From Eukaryota sp. TZLM1-RC (lineage: Eukaryota; Protista; Metamonada: BaSk clade): DNA of 64,000 nucleotides. Below, in pieces: positions 46,395 to 58,426 of the stretch. The DNA is taken from positions 1,178,001 to 1,242,000 of the forward strand of contig JAUPSS010000003.1 of the NCBI GenBank assembly GCA_040285825.1, in the 5' to 3' direction. Within the stretch, counting starts at the first letter, position 1. Each line of letters begins with the position of its first letter. A model generated the notes under the pieces. That model saw only the letters and a program-made list of their open reading frames with translations, did not search any database and was not told the DNA's origin. Both the position numbers and the translations under genes were made by a program.

Positions 46395-48125
46395 GGATAA
46401 AACTGAAATGAAACAAAGATTGATTGAATTTCGTCAATGCATAATTGAAAACCGTTTTTATGATTTCATAGGTGATATAGATCTATTTGACGAACCTGAA
46501 AGATCTGTCTGTGAACTTTTCATTCAGTACTTCTAAAATGACTTCCAAAAGATAATGGTTGGTGCTAAGAATTTATACTATTCTGAAAAATGCAACCCAA
46601 TGAAGTTGTTATCACATGCATTTTGTATCAACAAGATTGTAAGAAGTGAAAAAGGTGCAAACGGTAATCCCATAGTAATCCCCAATTGTTTTCCACTGAC
46701 TGATTCTTATTTTGCCCAACACTTTCTGATGGACTCCAAAGTACTTTCCGATCACTTTTTTGATCAAGAAGAAACGCCTGAAGCTGTTGATCCGAACAGT
46801 AAACTAAAAACCCACCAATGGCTACAAAGACAATCTAGAAAATTCCATTTGGATTCCATTGGTTCATACAAGAATGCCATCTGGTCATTTTTCTTACATT
46901 TTGACGCGAAATGTTTACAACCAACCAGATCCAATTATAAATTTTGCTGAATTGTCCAAACAAATGGTTATTCTATTTCATTGCTGTTCCAAAGAAAAGA
47001 TTTGTTTGGACAAAAATATTTTCCGTTCAGCTTCTTGCTCAAGATTACTACTTGGAAGACTTGAAGCATAGTGAACTGGAAGAACTTGATTTGAATGGTA
47101 GAACGCCGATCGCAATTGATCCTGGAATGTGGGTTAAAAATAACACCGTGGTTGAAAAATGTGAAAAACAATTAGATGATGAACAAATTTTTGTTAGTGA
47201 ATATTTCTGACCCCGAAAAAAAACAGAAAGGATATTTAAAAAAAGAAGAATTAAGTCATGTTCTCTAAAGATGGAGCCATGGGAAAACCATCCAACAAAA
47301 AAACAGCAAAGCGAAAACCCAAAGATTTTTACAACAGATTCTGTTATTCTCAAGGTGAAAGAAATTTTGATTTGAAAAACAAGCACTTACAAAAGATAGA
47401 ACATAATATGTTAGAAAGAACTCAATGTCTAGATGTGACTGGTACAGAGGCCACAACTCAATTTTCTGACATGGTGGCACTGGGCGAAGGCAAATCCGCT
47501 GAACTTACAGAATTCAAAACTTATATCGAAGCAAAAGAATTATTCAATCTAAGAACTCGAGAGTTCTACCAGCACCCTTGGTTTAGAAAAAAACGTCAGC
47601 AGCAATATCCAAACAGAAGAAGATCAGAAGACCAAATGATTAATCAATCCAAAAATTATTTTGGACTCCCTTCAGATGTTGTTATTGGATTTGGTGATCG
47701 GAGAGATGCTGATTTCAGAATCAAAAGTGGGGAAATCATTGAGAAAGCTGTTCAGAAAAACTAAATATACAGTCTTGTTAATTGATGAATACCGAACAAG
47801 TAAGTATTGTTCTGCTTGTGCCAAATTGGGTCAAATTGGCATGAATTTTGAAGATCATGGTATCAAAAGGCCTAAACCTGTGAATATAAGACGTTTGAGG
47901 AGAAGAAGAAAATATTTGAAATGGCGGTATGAAGGAGTTGAAAGACATTATAGTTCAAAATACGAAGAAGAAAAGTCAACAGTAGACACAAATTCAATTC
48001 TTTGGGGATTACGTCGATGCTCAAGGTGCAAAACTGGGTGGGATAGGGATTTTAATTCAGCCATCAATATTCTGGAAATTATGAAGGCTAAGTTGCATAA
48101 GGATAAGACCTATAATATTGTGTAG
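46395..48125 (+). pseudogene. Fanzor1 RNA-guided endonuclease remnant A
   Basis: NCFPL..HFLMD, VQTNGYSISLLF, RuvC-I IAIDPG, FYQHPWFRK..VVIGFGD, RuvC-II IDEYRTSKYCSAC, RuvC-III CSRC..WDRDFNSAINI; several stops and frameshifts. Confidence 0.9.
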
Positions 48126-48452
48126 AGATAATAGGGATTAGCATTTGAATAAATAAAATAATATGACAAACAAATAATTGAAGACAAACAAAACACTTAT
48201 ATATTTATTGAGAGTATTATAAGATAATAACAATAATCACTAACTATAATCAATCAGAACAGATCAGCATGAATCATGTAATTGTTCATGATTACAACAT
48301 GATTAACAGGAAATCACAGGCAGGCTATCAAGAAAATCTTGGCTCGAGAACAGTTGGTGGAAGAGCAAAACATTGTTTTACATGGAGGACTTGTGTTCAT
48401 TTGATCTCCAATTAGCATCAACAAATTCCAATCCAAAAATCCAAAAGTATCA

Positions 48453-50165
48453 ATGTCTGATGGTAGTAATGTGGAAGATGAATGTAACACCCAGAGTGAT
48501 GTAAGCATAAAGCTCACTCAAGAAGAGCATCTTATTGACGATGAACTCGGTCCAATCAACTTGTCCTCTCGCATCGAGAAACTCTCCAATCTTTTATCCA
48601 CACTGTTTTTCCCCTTAAAGAAGACGGTGGTTGAAGTCGAGCGAATTTATGGTTCGACTTGTTCCTTCTACTTTTCTTTAACCCGTTCAGTGTTGGGTGC
48701 CATATTCCTCCTTGCAGTTTATTCTGGAGGCTTCTTGTATCGTCATCTCACTCGCTTATGGGATGAAGATATGTCAAATCTGCTCTACCTCGATGGACTC
48801 TACCCTGGATTTATGCTGCCTGAATCCATTCATCCTGATCAGCAAGACCATTGGGCTACCATTATTATTGCTGGTTATTTCACGGTTATTGTATTTGCTG
48901 GAATGTTCATCGTCTTTAGCGCGCGTTTAATGTACAGACAAAAGGCTATTAGAGAAGGCAAAACTATCGACACCCCTATATTCATGAACCTTATCTATTC
49001 GTGGGACTGGAATGAGTTTTCTGTAGATGAAGTGCATCATCAGGAGAATGAATTGAATGAAAACTTGAGGATTGCGTTAACAGAAGAAAGCGTTAGAATA
49101 TCTCAATTACGGGAAAAGAAACAAGGTGTGTCTGTTGCTGTCAAAGTTAAGCGTGTTTTTGGAAATATTGTGGGGTATGGGTTTGGAGTTGCTGTTCTAA
49201 TTATTGTTCTTTTGTTGCTGGTTTATGAACCTGAACCTGCTGATAGTGATGAAGAACGAAATGAAGGTTTGGTTGAGATGATTATCTCTTTGGTTGTTTC
49301 CTCTGCCATTGCTATTCTCAACTTGTTAGGACCGTTTGTGGCGACCTTTGCTGTAGGACTGTTGTCCATTGCTGATCCAGGTAAGAGGGGAGCTAAGAGA
49401 ATGAAGTTTATGTTTGGCTATAGAATGTTAACTCTGCTTCCACTTGTATTGGAACTTGGTCTTTCTTTGAGGGACACTAATCCAGACGATCATGGTGGCT
49501 GTCCTCTCAACTTTACAATGAAGAACATTCAAAATTTGATGTTTATAGCCTTTATTTTGGATATAATTATTCCCTATGTTATTGAGACCTTGAAAAGACT
49601 TGTTGGTTTTGTCAGTGGCAAGACAAGGGGTAAATCTGATGAGGAGCTCGTACAAATGCGTGCTGAGTTCCAGTATCAAGATTTCGCACTCAAACTCATG
49701 TATCATTTTGTTTTGACCATCATTGCTCTCCCCTTTAGTCCTTTTACCCCAATTATTTCGTTTTTCCTTGCTTACATTAATGCTTCATTTATCAAATGGT
49801 TCTTGTTCAAGTTCATGAAACCTCCCAAGGAAAGTCATCGCAATGAAGAAAGTAGATTTACATTTTCTCTTTATCTCGCCACCATGATGTTCTTTGCAGG
49901 TGTGATTTTTTCATTCTTTGTTTCAGTTGAACATCCATGTGGCGCTTTCTATGGTTCCAAACCTATGGACGAGAGTCTGGTCCTTCATCCATTTGTGTGG
50001 GTTCCAACCGCTCTCATGTTCTTTGCATGGTTTAGGTCAACTGTAGGATTCACAAAGTCCAATTGTTACAGGACACAGCTAGTGTTAAGAAAAAAGGCGT
50101 CCAATGCGACTTATAGGGATTTGCAAAAGAAGATACAGGAACTGCATAATGAATTGTATAATTAA
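48453..50165 (+). CDS. Transmembrane channel-like (TMC) family protein
   Basis: VERIYGSTCSFYF, SWDW, EFQYQDFALKLMY..PFSPFTP and PCGAF motifs; multiple TM helices. Confidence 0.8.
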   Translation: MSDGSNVEDECNTQSDVSIKLTQEEHLIDDELGPINLSSRIEKLSNLLSTLFFPLKKTVVEVERIYGSTCSFYFSLTRSVLGAIFLLAVYSGGFLYRHLTRLWDEDMSNLLYLDGLYPGFMLPESIHPDQQDHWATIIIAGYFTVIVFAGMFIVFSARLMYRQKAIREGKTIDTPIFMNLIYSWDWNEFSVDEVHHQENELNENLRIALTEESVRISQLREKKQGVSVAVKVKRVFGNIVGYGFGVAVLIIVLLLLVYEPEPADSDEERNEGLVEMIISLVVSSAIAILNLLGPFVATFAVGLLSIADPGKRGAKRMKFMFGYRMLTLLPLVLELGLSLRDTNPDDHGGCPLNFTMKNIQNLMFIAFILDIIIPYVIETLKRLVGFVSGKTRGKSDEELVQMRAEFQYQDFALKLMYHFVLTIIALPFSPFTPIISFFLAYINASFIKWFLFKFMKPPKESHRNEESRFTFSLYLATMMFFAGVIFSFFVSVEHPCGAFYGSKPMDESLVLHPFVWVPTALMFFAWFRSTVGFTKSNCYRTQLVLRKKASNATYRDLQKKIQELHNELYN

Positions 50166-50472
50166 AAGTAGATAATTTTTGTGTATATCAATAAACAATA
50201 TGTTTTTTAAAGAATTTTGGCTTAAATGTGATAAAGTTAGTCAAATCAGGTACTCATTCTTCACGAGAACTTCTCTGGGAAATAAATGTTGTTTGAAAGG
50301 GATTATCAGCACGACGTAGGTTTTCAAAAGTGGTCTGAATGTTGAGAAAATCAGTATTGCTTGTAATCCTTCAAGTTCATTTAAGACTTTTGGAACACTA
50401 TATTTCATTGAACTACAAAAAAAGGCTAAAAAAAGGCTTATAAAATAAGGCTCAGAACTAATGACGAAATTC

Positions 50473-50900
50473 AATGAACCAAGATTTCCTCCACAAAATC
50501 CTGATCTGCTCGTTTCCCCACCATTGCCTCTCTTATTCTATAGAAACACTATGGTGTTCTATGGTGAATTGAAGAGCACCATTGAAAAATATACAATCTC
50601 TTCGATGTTGTTTCTTTAACTGTTCTTCAAATGCCTATTGATTCAGAAATTTTTAGAAATTTTAAAACATAAAATTATTGCATTTCTTGCCACATTAAAA
50701 ACAGTGTCACTAACAGCAGTAGGTAATGAAGAACGACAAGTCTTCAATTTAGGACAATTAAGGATTTGACGTAAGGTGAGCTGTGGTGAATTAGAACAAA
50801 TACGGGTTTCTGTTAACAGAAGATGGTCAATTGGAATATTCAGATATAATTTCATTTCTGTAACAGACGCTTCATTATTAGCACGCCTTTGATATTTGTG
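50473..50900 (-). mobile_element. Degraded non-LTR remnant (EEILVH family)
   Basis: ILNCPKL..RS..AVSD knuckle region plus ADQDFVEEILVH* end. Confidence 0.6.
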
Positions 50901-51018
50901 AAACAATTCCCAAACAAATCAAACATTGTCACCTTAATTGTAGACTTAATAGTTGGACAAATTTCACAATTCTTTAATAATCCAAAACAATTAACATTAC
51001 CTTCACCACTTCCACAGA

Positions 51019-51534
51019 ATGGTCGTCGAATCTCTTGACACTCTATCTTTCCTGGACCGGAAGTCTCTTGCAGTCCTTTTGGATCATTTTTATGATGCAC
51101 GTTTAAATAAAACTGATATCGATCTTGAGCTTGTTGCCAAGAATGCACCTGACAGTGTTCTAAGTACTGTAGTTCCTGTTCTTACCTCTCTTCTTGAACA
51201 CTTCGAAACTGAAGCTCCTCCAGAAAGTCAGGTCCTTGACATGCTTTTAGAGGCCAAACTGGAGATAAAAACCGCCAAAGTAATTGCCGCGTTTTACCGA
51301 GCTCATCATGGCGACTATAGTGCTGCTCTCTTAGAACCCTTTAGGTTTAGGGATTCATTACAAAGTTTTTCCTGGAGAATTGACATTGAGGGTGATAACC
51401 CCATTGCCAAGGTTCAGTTCAAGGTTAGAGAAGCGGTTAGCGATTCTATTGATGCCGTTACAGCGTCACTTGATGTGGAAACAATAGATCATATCTCGAA
51501 AAAGTTGAATGCATTTGGTGAAGATTTGAATTAA
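51019..51534 (+). CDS. COMM domain-containing protein
   Basis: 171 aa; LQSFSWRIDI..P.AKVQFKV COMM motif. Confidence 0.75.
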   Translation: MVVESLDTLSFLDRKSLAVLLDHFYDARLNKTDIDLELVAKNAPDSVLSTVVPVLTSLLEHFETEAPPESQVLDMLLEAKLEIKTAKVIAAFYRAHHGDYSAALLEPFRFRDSLQSFSWRIDIEGDNPIAKVQFKVREAVSDSIDAVTASLDVETIDHISKKLNAFGEDLN

Positions 51535-51672
51535 TACCTTGTACACATAATTATCGTTCCCATATAAATATATTATTACAATTTCTTTGTTTTAATTTAA
51601 CTTTTTAATTTGAAAATATTGTAATAACTAATATTTACAAATGCACAAAACTAGGATACAATAATCAAGCAC

Positions 51673-52410
51673 TTACAATCTTTTAACTTCAGACTTGATA
51701 ACTTCCGCAGTTTCTGCAATGCCCTCCATTAGATTTGATAGAGTCAAGGTGATGTTCCTAAACTCACACCTGATAGACAAGAAAAACAACACTAAAGTAA
51801 ACACCGATAGATATTGCAGAACCGCACAGATTGAACCAACATGCTGGAATTGTATGAAAAAAGGGAGAAACAGATAGGGAAGAACAAAAAAAGGCAACAA
51901 AGCGCAACAATAAAGACGAAACTTATTCCAAAACACAACTGCAGAGGTGCAGGCTGGATTAGAATGTTTCAGAGCCTTAACCTGCTTCCTGGACACAAAT
52001 GTTATTAGGCAAACATTCAACAAAGTACTGAGGAAGAAAGATTGTGCAGCAATGGTATGAATGACAAAAGAATCATAAACGGAAACCATACCAACTAGCA
52101 TCAAGGATATGCCACCAACCACAGATAAGAACTTTATCAGTGATAATATAAGTTGAAACTGAGGAAAAAGGGAGGGAGTACGACTATACGCTATATGAAC
52201 AAACAAAAGACAATTCAGAACAATGACCACACCTCCCAACGTTAGAGATAGACCAAAGACGGAATTAAAAGGAAAACGTCCCCCGCTTTCGCTGATGAAG
52301 ATAATCTTCCCAGAAAACTCATCATAGTAAAGATGAGCGCCCACTAAGCAAAACAGAATAGGTATAGTAGTGACGACAGCACCAAAGGTAGGTAGATGAG
52401 AGAGTCGCAT
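51673..52410 (-). CDS. Frag1/DRAM/Sfk1 family membrane protein
   Basis: FISESG..P.NSVF, IHTIAA..FF and AVLQY; six TM segments. Confidence 0.75.
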   Translation of the reverse strand: MRLSHLPTFGAVVTTIPILFCLVGAHLYYDEFSGKIIFISESGGRFPFNSVFGLSLTLGGVVIVLNCLLFVHIAYSRTPSLFPQFQLILSLIKFLSVVGGISLMLVGMVSVYDSFVIHTIAAQSFFLSTLLNVCLITFVSRKQVKALKHSNPACTSAVVFWNKFRLYCCALLPFFVLPYLFLPFFIQFQHVGSICAVLQYLSVFTLVLFFLSIRCEFRNITLTLSNLMEGIAETAEVIKSEVKRL

Positions 52411-52699
52411 GTTCAACACAGTGTTCAAGGTATGGTATAAGGTGTTCAGTTATCCAATGGGCTGAAAAGTATACAGTGATCAATGTTACAGATGATGTCT
52501 ATAACAATGAAATAAGTGTCCTTTTTACACTGTAGATCCTTTTTTTTACTGAAATTTCTTCATTTACAAGAACTCTTACTTTATGACTAAACGGAATTCT
52601 ACAAAATTTGGCTGCTTGCATCTTCCACCTGAAAAAGGGCCTAATGCTACTGGTTCAACACTAGATTTGGTCTTCTTCTCCAAAAACTTTTTCTTTTCA

Positions 52700-53184
52700 A
52701 ACTTAAACAGTATTCCTTTTACTTCTCTTGTTAATCAAACAGATTCTTTTAAGAACTTTTCTTCTTCGGAAATCAGAATTTTACACCTTGACATTGAAAC
52801 TGTTGTACTTGGTGACAAAATATCTGACAAGGACGAAAATTATCTCATTGCTCTTGTTGAAGAAGTAGTGAGCATAACAAAAAACTCTAGGTCCTTTAGT
52901 TCCACTTCCAAAGTTTTTTCTTCAAACAGTCTGAATTTAAATATCTGTATTTGTCAATTTTTAAACAAAATTGTCTCAAAGACCAGTTCGATTCAAACAC
53001 AATGACTTCTGTGTTGTTTGAATCAAAAGATTTACTTTTATCGTTTTTTAAAGAATTTTCCGATTTTGATCCCCACATTGTGAGCGGATTTAATGTTGTT
53101 AAATTTGATTTACCACACACTGAACGGAAAAGTATTGCACTCGAAGTTCCAGTTCAATTCGAGGGAAGTTTTGAATTATCCTAA
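52700..53184 (+). pseudogene. Family B DNA polymerase exonuclease-domain fragment
   Basis: IRILHLDIET (ExoI) and, after a frameshift, DLLLSFF..FDPHIVSGFNVVKFDLP (ExoII). Confidence 0.7.
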
Positions 53185-53789
53185 AAGATTGTAGTGACGA
53201 CAGAGATGAAGTAATTGGAATCATTGGTAGTGAAGCTGAAGTACTGTAGGCTGATAGTTAATGAGTTATTGTCAATAGTTTATGATAAAGCATCTCCATT
53301 ACAGCTCTTACTGTCCAAGTCGTTTGTCAAGTCAAGTCAAATCACTCAATTTGAGTCATTTGACAACACTAGTACAAATCATAAGTAGAAATTAAACAAA
53401 ATTATTACGGAAGCCAAGCCAGTACATGACTTGTAACAAGGACAAGCACAATTGAAGTGCATTACTATTTCCTGGCAAACGGTCTAAGTCCCAATAAGCC
53501 AATAAGATCATCTCTGCTTATGGAATTTTGATACATCCACTATACGTTAGTATTTACTCTATTGCACCTGAAGAAAGAAGTTGAGGCAATACATTTTTCT
53601 AGTTTTTCTATATAGCTACACATCCTCACTTATGTTCCAATACATAAATTATAATCCTTCCAACCACTTTTCACTATTATCTTAGGTTAAATAGTATGGA
53701 ATAACATAGTGCAGATCAGAACTCCTCAATATTGGATTTGAAAATTGTCTTACCAAAATGAATTGAATTGTTCAAAAAATTTCCAATAT

Positions 53790-54829
53790 ATATCAAATTG
53801 GTTGACAATCCATTCAATTATAAAACTTTTCTTTTTCAAATTTTGGTTCATTTTTTCCATGACAATCACAGCGTTGAACACTCACTTCAAGAACTTTCAA
53901 CCAGAAGTTCGGTTTCCTCAAGATCTACATACGCCAAATTGCAGAAACAAATGTTCAAAGTTTTTGAAAATTAGGATTTTACTGTTTGTTCCAGTTTGCT
54001 TGGCTAAGGAAAAGAATTCCGTTTTTGCCAATTAGGTTGATCTGAAGGGAAGTAGCTCGAGTTGACTAATTTCCCAAATTCCAAATGTTTAAGGTCTATT
54101 ATTAAATGATCATCAATTGACAACTGCCCTAAGGATGAGGTGTTTTCTGTGGCCAGGCAGTGTTCCAAACGATTTGATGTGTCGTTGTGGTCATCTTATT
54201 AATTTGAATCATTTATTGAATTGTAAATTAAATATAACATAAAGCTCGATTGTTCATGATGCTGTTAGAGACCAACTTAATGCCTTGTGCAAAAGCCACC
54301 ATATTGAAACTTTTGTAGAACCACTTGTGCGGAAGTTGTCACCTGAAAATGGAGAAGGTAATACCTATAGGAGACGTCGATCTGATTGTTTTAATTATAT
54401 GTAATTCTAATGATGTAATTAAACTAGTTGATGTTGTTATTGGTGATGTTTGCAAAGAATCAGCTGTGTATTTGACTAAAACAGTTGAAATTTCACTTTG
54501 TTGTGCTGAGAAGAGCAAAATGCAGAAGTACAAGGAAATTTTATCTCAACATGGTCATGTCAATAGCATGTAAATACCAACTGGTTCGTTTTGCGGTTTC
54601 TCTTTTTGGTAAAATGGGATATCTGGGATTAAATTTCTTGAAGGTTTCAGATATTTAATAAAGGAAAGAGCAGGAAAAGAGTTGAACTTTAATTTTTGGC
54701 ACAATAGAATTGTTTTCAGTATTCTTAAAGCAATTCCCGAAACTGTTATAATTAGGAATAGAGTATGAAAATCGCACACTTAAAAGATTTTATGATGTTG
54801 ATGCCTGTATTGAGGATATTGAGTTCTAG
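53790..54829 (+). mobile_element. Older degenerate RLE non-LTR copy
   Basis: YAKLQK, CRCGH..HLLNC, VHDAVRDQL, LVDVVIGDVCK, WHNRIVF and ACIEDIEF*. Confidence 0.8.
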
Positions 54830-54838
54830 ATTGGTGTC

Positions 54839-56901
54839 CAAAGAATTTTTCAGTCCATTTCAATTTGGAATCAAGACAATTGATGGTGCTTCTTCTGCTG
54901 CTGTTTCGTCGGATGTGTTTTTTAATTCTAGTGATTCTAATTACATCTTCAATTTAGATTTTAAGAATGCTTTCAATTCTGTATCTCGTTCTTCCATTTT
55001 ACCTTTGCTGCAAAAGCATTTTCCTGAAGTTGAGCCTTTTTTCTATTCATTTTATGGAAAATCATCCACATTGGTCTATGAATACTTTGACCTGCTTTCT
55101 TCTTCAGGTGTTAAACAAGGTGATCCACTTGGTCCTTTGTTCTTTTGTCTGGCAATTCATCCATTAATGTGCGAATTGAAAGAAAAATTCCCAGAAATAG
55201 ATATTGTAGCATATATGGATGACATTTCTGTAATTGCTCCTATTACAATTCTGAAACAAATAGCAACTTTTATTCAACAGCGTTATGAAGATATTGGTCT
55301 CTCATTGAATATCTCCAAATGTTTGATTATTGGCCATGAACCAATTGATTTTTTCATTAATGATGTCAATGTCCCCTTTATCAATTATGATCAGTCTGGT
55401 TTTCGTTTTTTGGGTTGTTATCTCGGAAATATTGATGAAGTCAAAGGCCAACTTTCGACTCTGTTGACTCAATTTGGAAATGAATTAGAATCAATAGAAA
55501 ATTTAAATATTGAGAAACATTTGAAATACTTTTTCCTAAAAATCTGTTATTCTGGAAAATTTACTCATATTTTGAGATCAACATCACCATCAATTTCTTT
55601 GGAGTTTTGTCGCATTTTTAATGAACAAAGAACCAATTTTTTAGCAAAATTATTGGAAATTGATGCATCTCAGTTACGAAGCCACATTTTTTGTGGTACA
55701 AATTTTGGTGGTGTTTATTTTCATAAATCAAGCTACCTTTGTAAAGCTGCCTTTATTGGAGGTGGAAAGAATTTTATTTATGAATTTGTGAATCGTTTTC
55801 CTGAAAAAATTCATCTCATTGAAAATTGTGGCAGCTCTTATCTTATTTCATTGCAACAGGAAATTGAAACTGTTTCACCCAATATTTGGGCTAAATGTTT
55901 CCCCTCTGATATTGTGGAACTTCCTTCAAGAAGCTTGCTCTCCTTACCACTGACTTTTGCAAAATTGCAGAAAAAAATCTTGAAAGTTTTAGAAAACTTG
56001 GATTATATTGTACGTCTTAGCTTGGCTAAGGAAAAAATTCCCGTTTTTGCAAACTTTTTGATTGATCTTGAAGACAGTTGTTCAAGTTGCCTAATCTCCC
56101 AAATTCCCAACATTTATAGCCTTCTACTTAATGATCACCAATGGACCACTGCAATGAGAATGAGATGTTTTCTATGACCTTGTTCATTACCAAATGATTT
56201 AGTTTGTCGCTGCAAGAGTGTTGTTACGCTTTCCAATATTTTAAACTGTAAGTATTTTATAACTTATCGCTCAATTGTTCATGACTCAGTTAGTGATCAA
56301 TTATATGCCATGTGCAAAAGTTTCAATATAGAGGCATTTATTGAGCCAGTAGTACGTAAGCTGTCTTCAGATCAAACTGACGATTCCTTTGGTAAAAGAA
56401 GGGCAGATTTAGTAGCTCCAGGGATCGATGGTGTTCTCAATGTTGTAGATGTTGTCTCAGTTGATGTTTGCAAAAATTCTGCTGCTCGTGTAGTGTATTC
56501 CGCTGATTCGCCGTTATCTAACGCCGAAAAAAAGAAGATAAAAAAATATGAAGAACCTCTGGCACAGTGAGGTAGAGTGGAACATGTGAAATATCAGTTT
56601 GTGCCGTTTGCAATTTCTCTTTTTGGCAATATTGGACCTTCAGGCTTGCACTTTTTGGAAAATTTTAAAAAGTGTTACTGAATAGGTCTGGTAAAACAAT
56701 GAACTCCACTTTCTGGTTAAATAGAATTGTTTTTTGCATTTTCAAGTCTATTCCTACAATGATTTCAAAGGCACTTTTAGCTATCGGTGTAGGATATGAA
56801 CGTAGTGCTGTGAGTAGGTTCAGTAATAGTGACGCTTGTTTGGAGGATATTGAATTCTAGATGGTTATTTTTATCTCAATAAATATTCCAGTTTAAAAAA
56901 A
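54839..56901 (+). mobile_element. 5'-truncated CRE-like RLE non-LTR retrotransposon, best-preserved copy
   Basis: RT QFG..LDFKNAFNS..GVKQGDPLGP..YMDD, knuckle, RRADL..VVDV; AATAAA at 56878, A8 tail, TSD AGATTGGTGTC (54828-54838 / 56902-56912). Confidence 0.92.
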
Positions 56902-56925
56902 AGATTGGTGTCTATTGTTTTCTTT

Positions 56926-58426
56926 TGTTGGCGCCCTAAGGCTTATATGTTATGATTAGAAAATAGACCAACTTTTTCCTCATTCGCTTTATCTTAACCC
57001 ACTTTTCCAACCTACGGCATCAATATTTATAGGCCATTTAGGTTATAGGTATACCACTTTGATAACACACAGCTTTTCTACAGAGGATGTCTTTAGTAGA
57101 TATCAAGTCAGTCCTTTTCAGCCAAAACACTGACACCGTTAAAACTAACATGCAGGAAGATAACAGGGATGCAATTGGCATACAAACAGTAGTAGTAGGA
57201 GAAGTAGTAGAGATAAGTAAAGTCGAGGACTCGGACTCGAGACCACCCTCCGCCCCTGCTCAAGGAAAACCGATGGAAACAGGCACGGAACCACCTCCCA
57301 CCTCTTCCAAGTCCAAAATAATGGAATCAGGCATGGAACCACCTCCCGCCTCTTCCAAGTAGTAACTTAATGCCACAAAAGGGTTCAAGAACGAAACCAC
57401 CCCCCTCCTCACCAAAAAACGCAAATGTTGGTTCAAGTTCTGAAACTTCGACAGTCCTTCAAGGATATGAAGAACTTCAGTCCGTTTTAGACGAACTGGA
57501 TGACGAAGAGAAAGAACTTCGCCAACATATCATGAAGGATGCGAAGGCTCACCTCGAACCTACAGATTACTGCTCCCTCCTTCATGGAAGCAAATTCCGA
57601 AGACAGGAAAATGACTCCTGTGATGGATTCTAAAAACTCATAACAAGGACACGGAGCATTACCTCGAATCAATGGAATCTTATCCATTCGAGCAGCTCCC
57701 TTCCTTATGGAGCCAAGCACGAGAAAAGTCGACCAAATTCGAGCTTACGAGTTGAAACTCCATCTCCACTATTATTATACTACAATGCAAAGATACGGTC
57801 CTTGCTCCTCTGATATTTTTAGTCGTAAAGCCAGTACTTTAACAACAAAAGACGCCACCTTCAGGTCTCTGAGGTTTGTTACTTTGCTTACTGTTGTTTT
57901 TGATTCAACATAGACCCTGCATAATCATCAGCGAATCCATTCTTCGATTCCATGATACCTTTACTAAACGACACTACCACCTTTCTCGTTTACGAAAAAG
58001 GGAAGAAGCAGAACATCTTTATGTAGCAACTAAAACATACACAACAAAGAATTCAAACACACAGATCTTGGAACGAGGCCGTTTTCAGTTATTGCTGACT
58101 ACCTTATACTAACATTGTTCTGGGAGAGTCATAGCACATCAATTGTCGATCTTAAAAATGTTAAACCCAGTGTTTGTGTGAAATCCAATCACTACAAAGA
58201 TAATTGTATACAATAGAAAACATTAGAATTTAATATTTAGTTCCTAGTATTCATAGTTATTTAGTTATTTGTTATAGTTTTGTTTCATATTCATATAAGC
58301 TGATTTATTTTGAAAAAGGGAAGAAGCAGTGTTGGCGCCCTAAGGCTTATATGTTATGATTAGAAAATAAATCAACTTTTTCCTATTTCGCTTTATCTTA
58401 ACCCACTTTTCCAACCTACGGCATCA
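56926..58426 (+). mobile_element. Non-autonomous LTR retrotransposon with gag remnant
   Basis: 97-bp LTRs 56926-57022 and 58330-58426 (4 differences), TG...CA ends, TSD CTTT, PPT GAAAAAGGGAAGAAGCAG; internal IRAAPFL..IRAYELKL resembles the gag N-terminus of the 1300 element. Confidence 0.9.

Noticed and set aside
46395-48125. Bacterial IS200/605 TnpB contamination
   Set aside because: Flanked by eukaryotic genes; size and motifs (FPL, TNGYSISLLF, VVIGFGD, DEYRTS) fit Fanzor1; no tnpA
44610-50515. Direct repeats at 44615 and 50477 as boundaries of a Fanzor-carrying element
   Set aside because: Both are 3' ends of the EEILVH non-LTR family and they enclose ordinary host genes
4664-56570. Repeated in-frame TGA codons in transposon ORFs (4664, 6567, 56175, 56568) suggesting UGA reassignment
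   Set aside because: Host genes end at TGA (12490, 14406, 26263, 32686), and the replaced residues differ (Trp at 56175, Leu at 56568 by comparison with other copies); these are ordinary nonsense mutations
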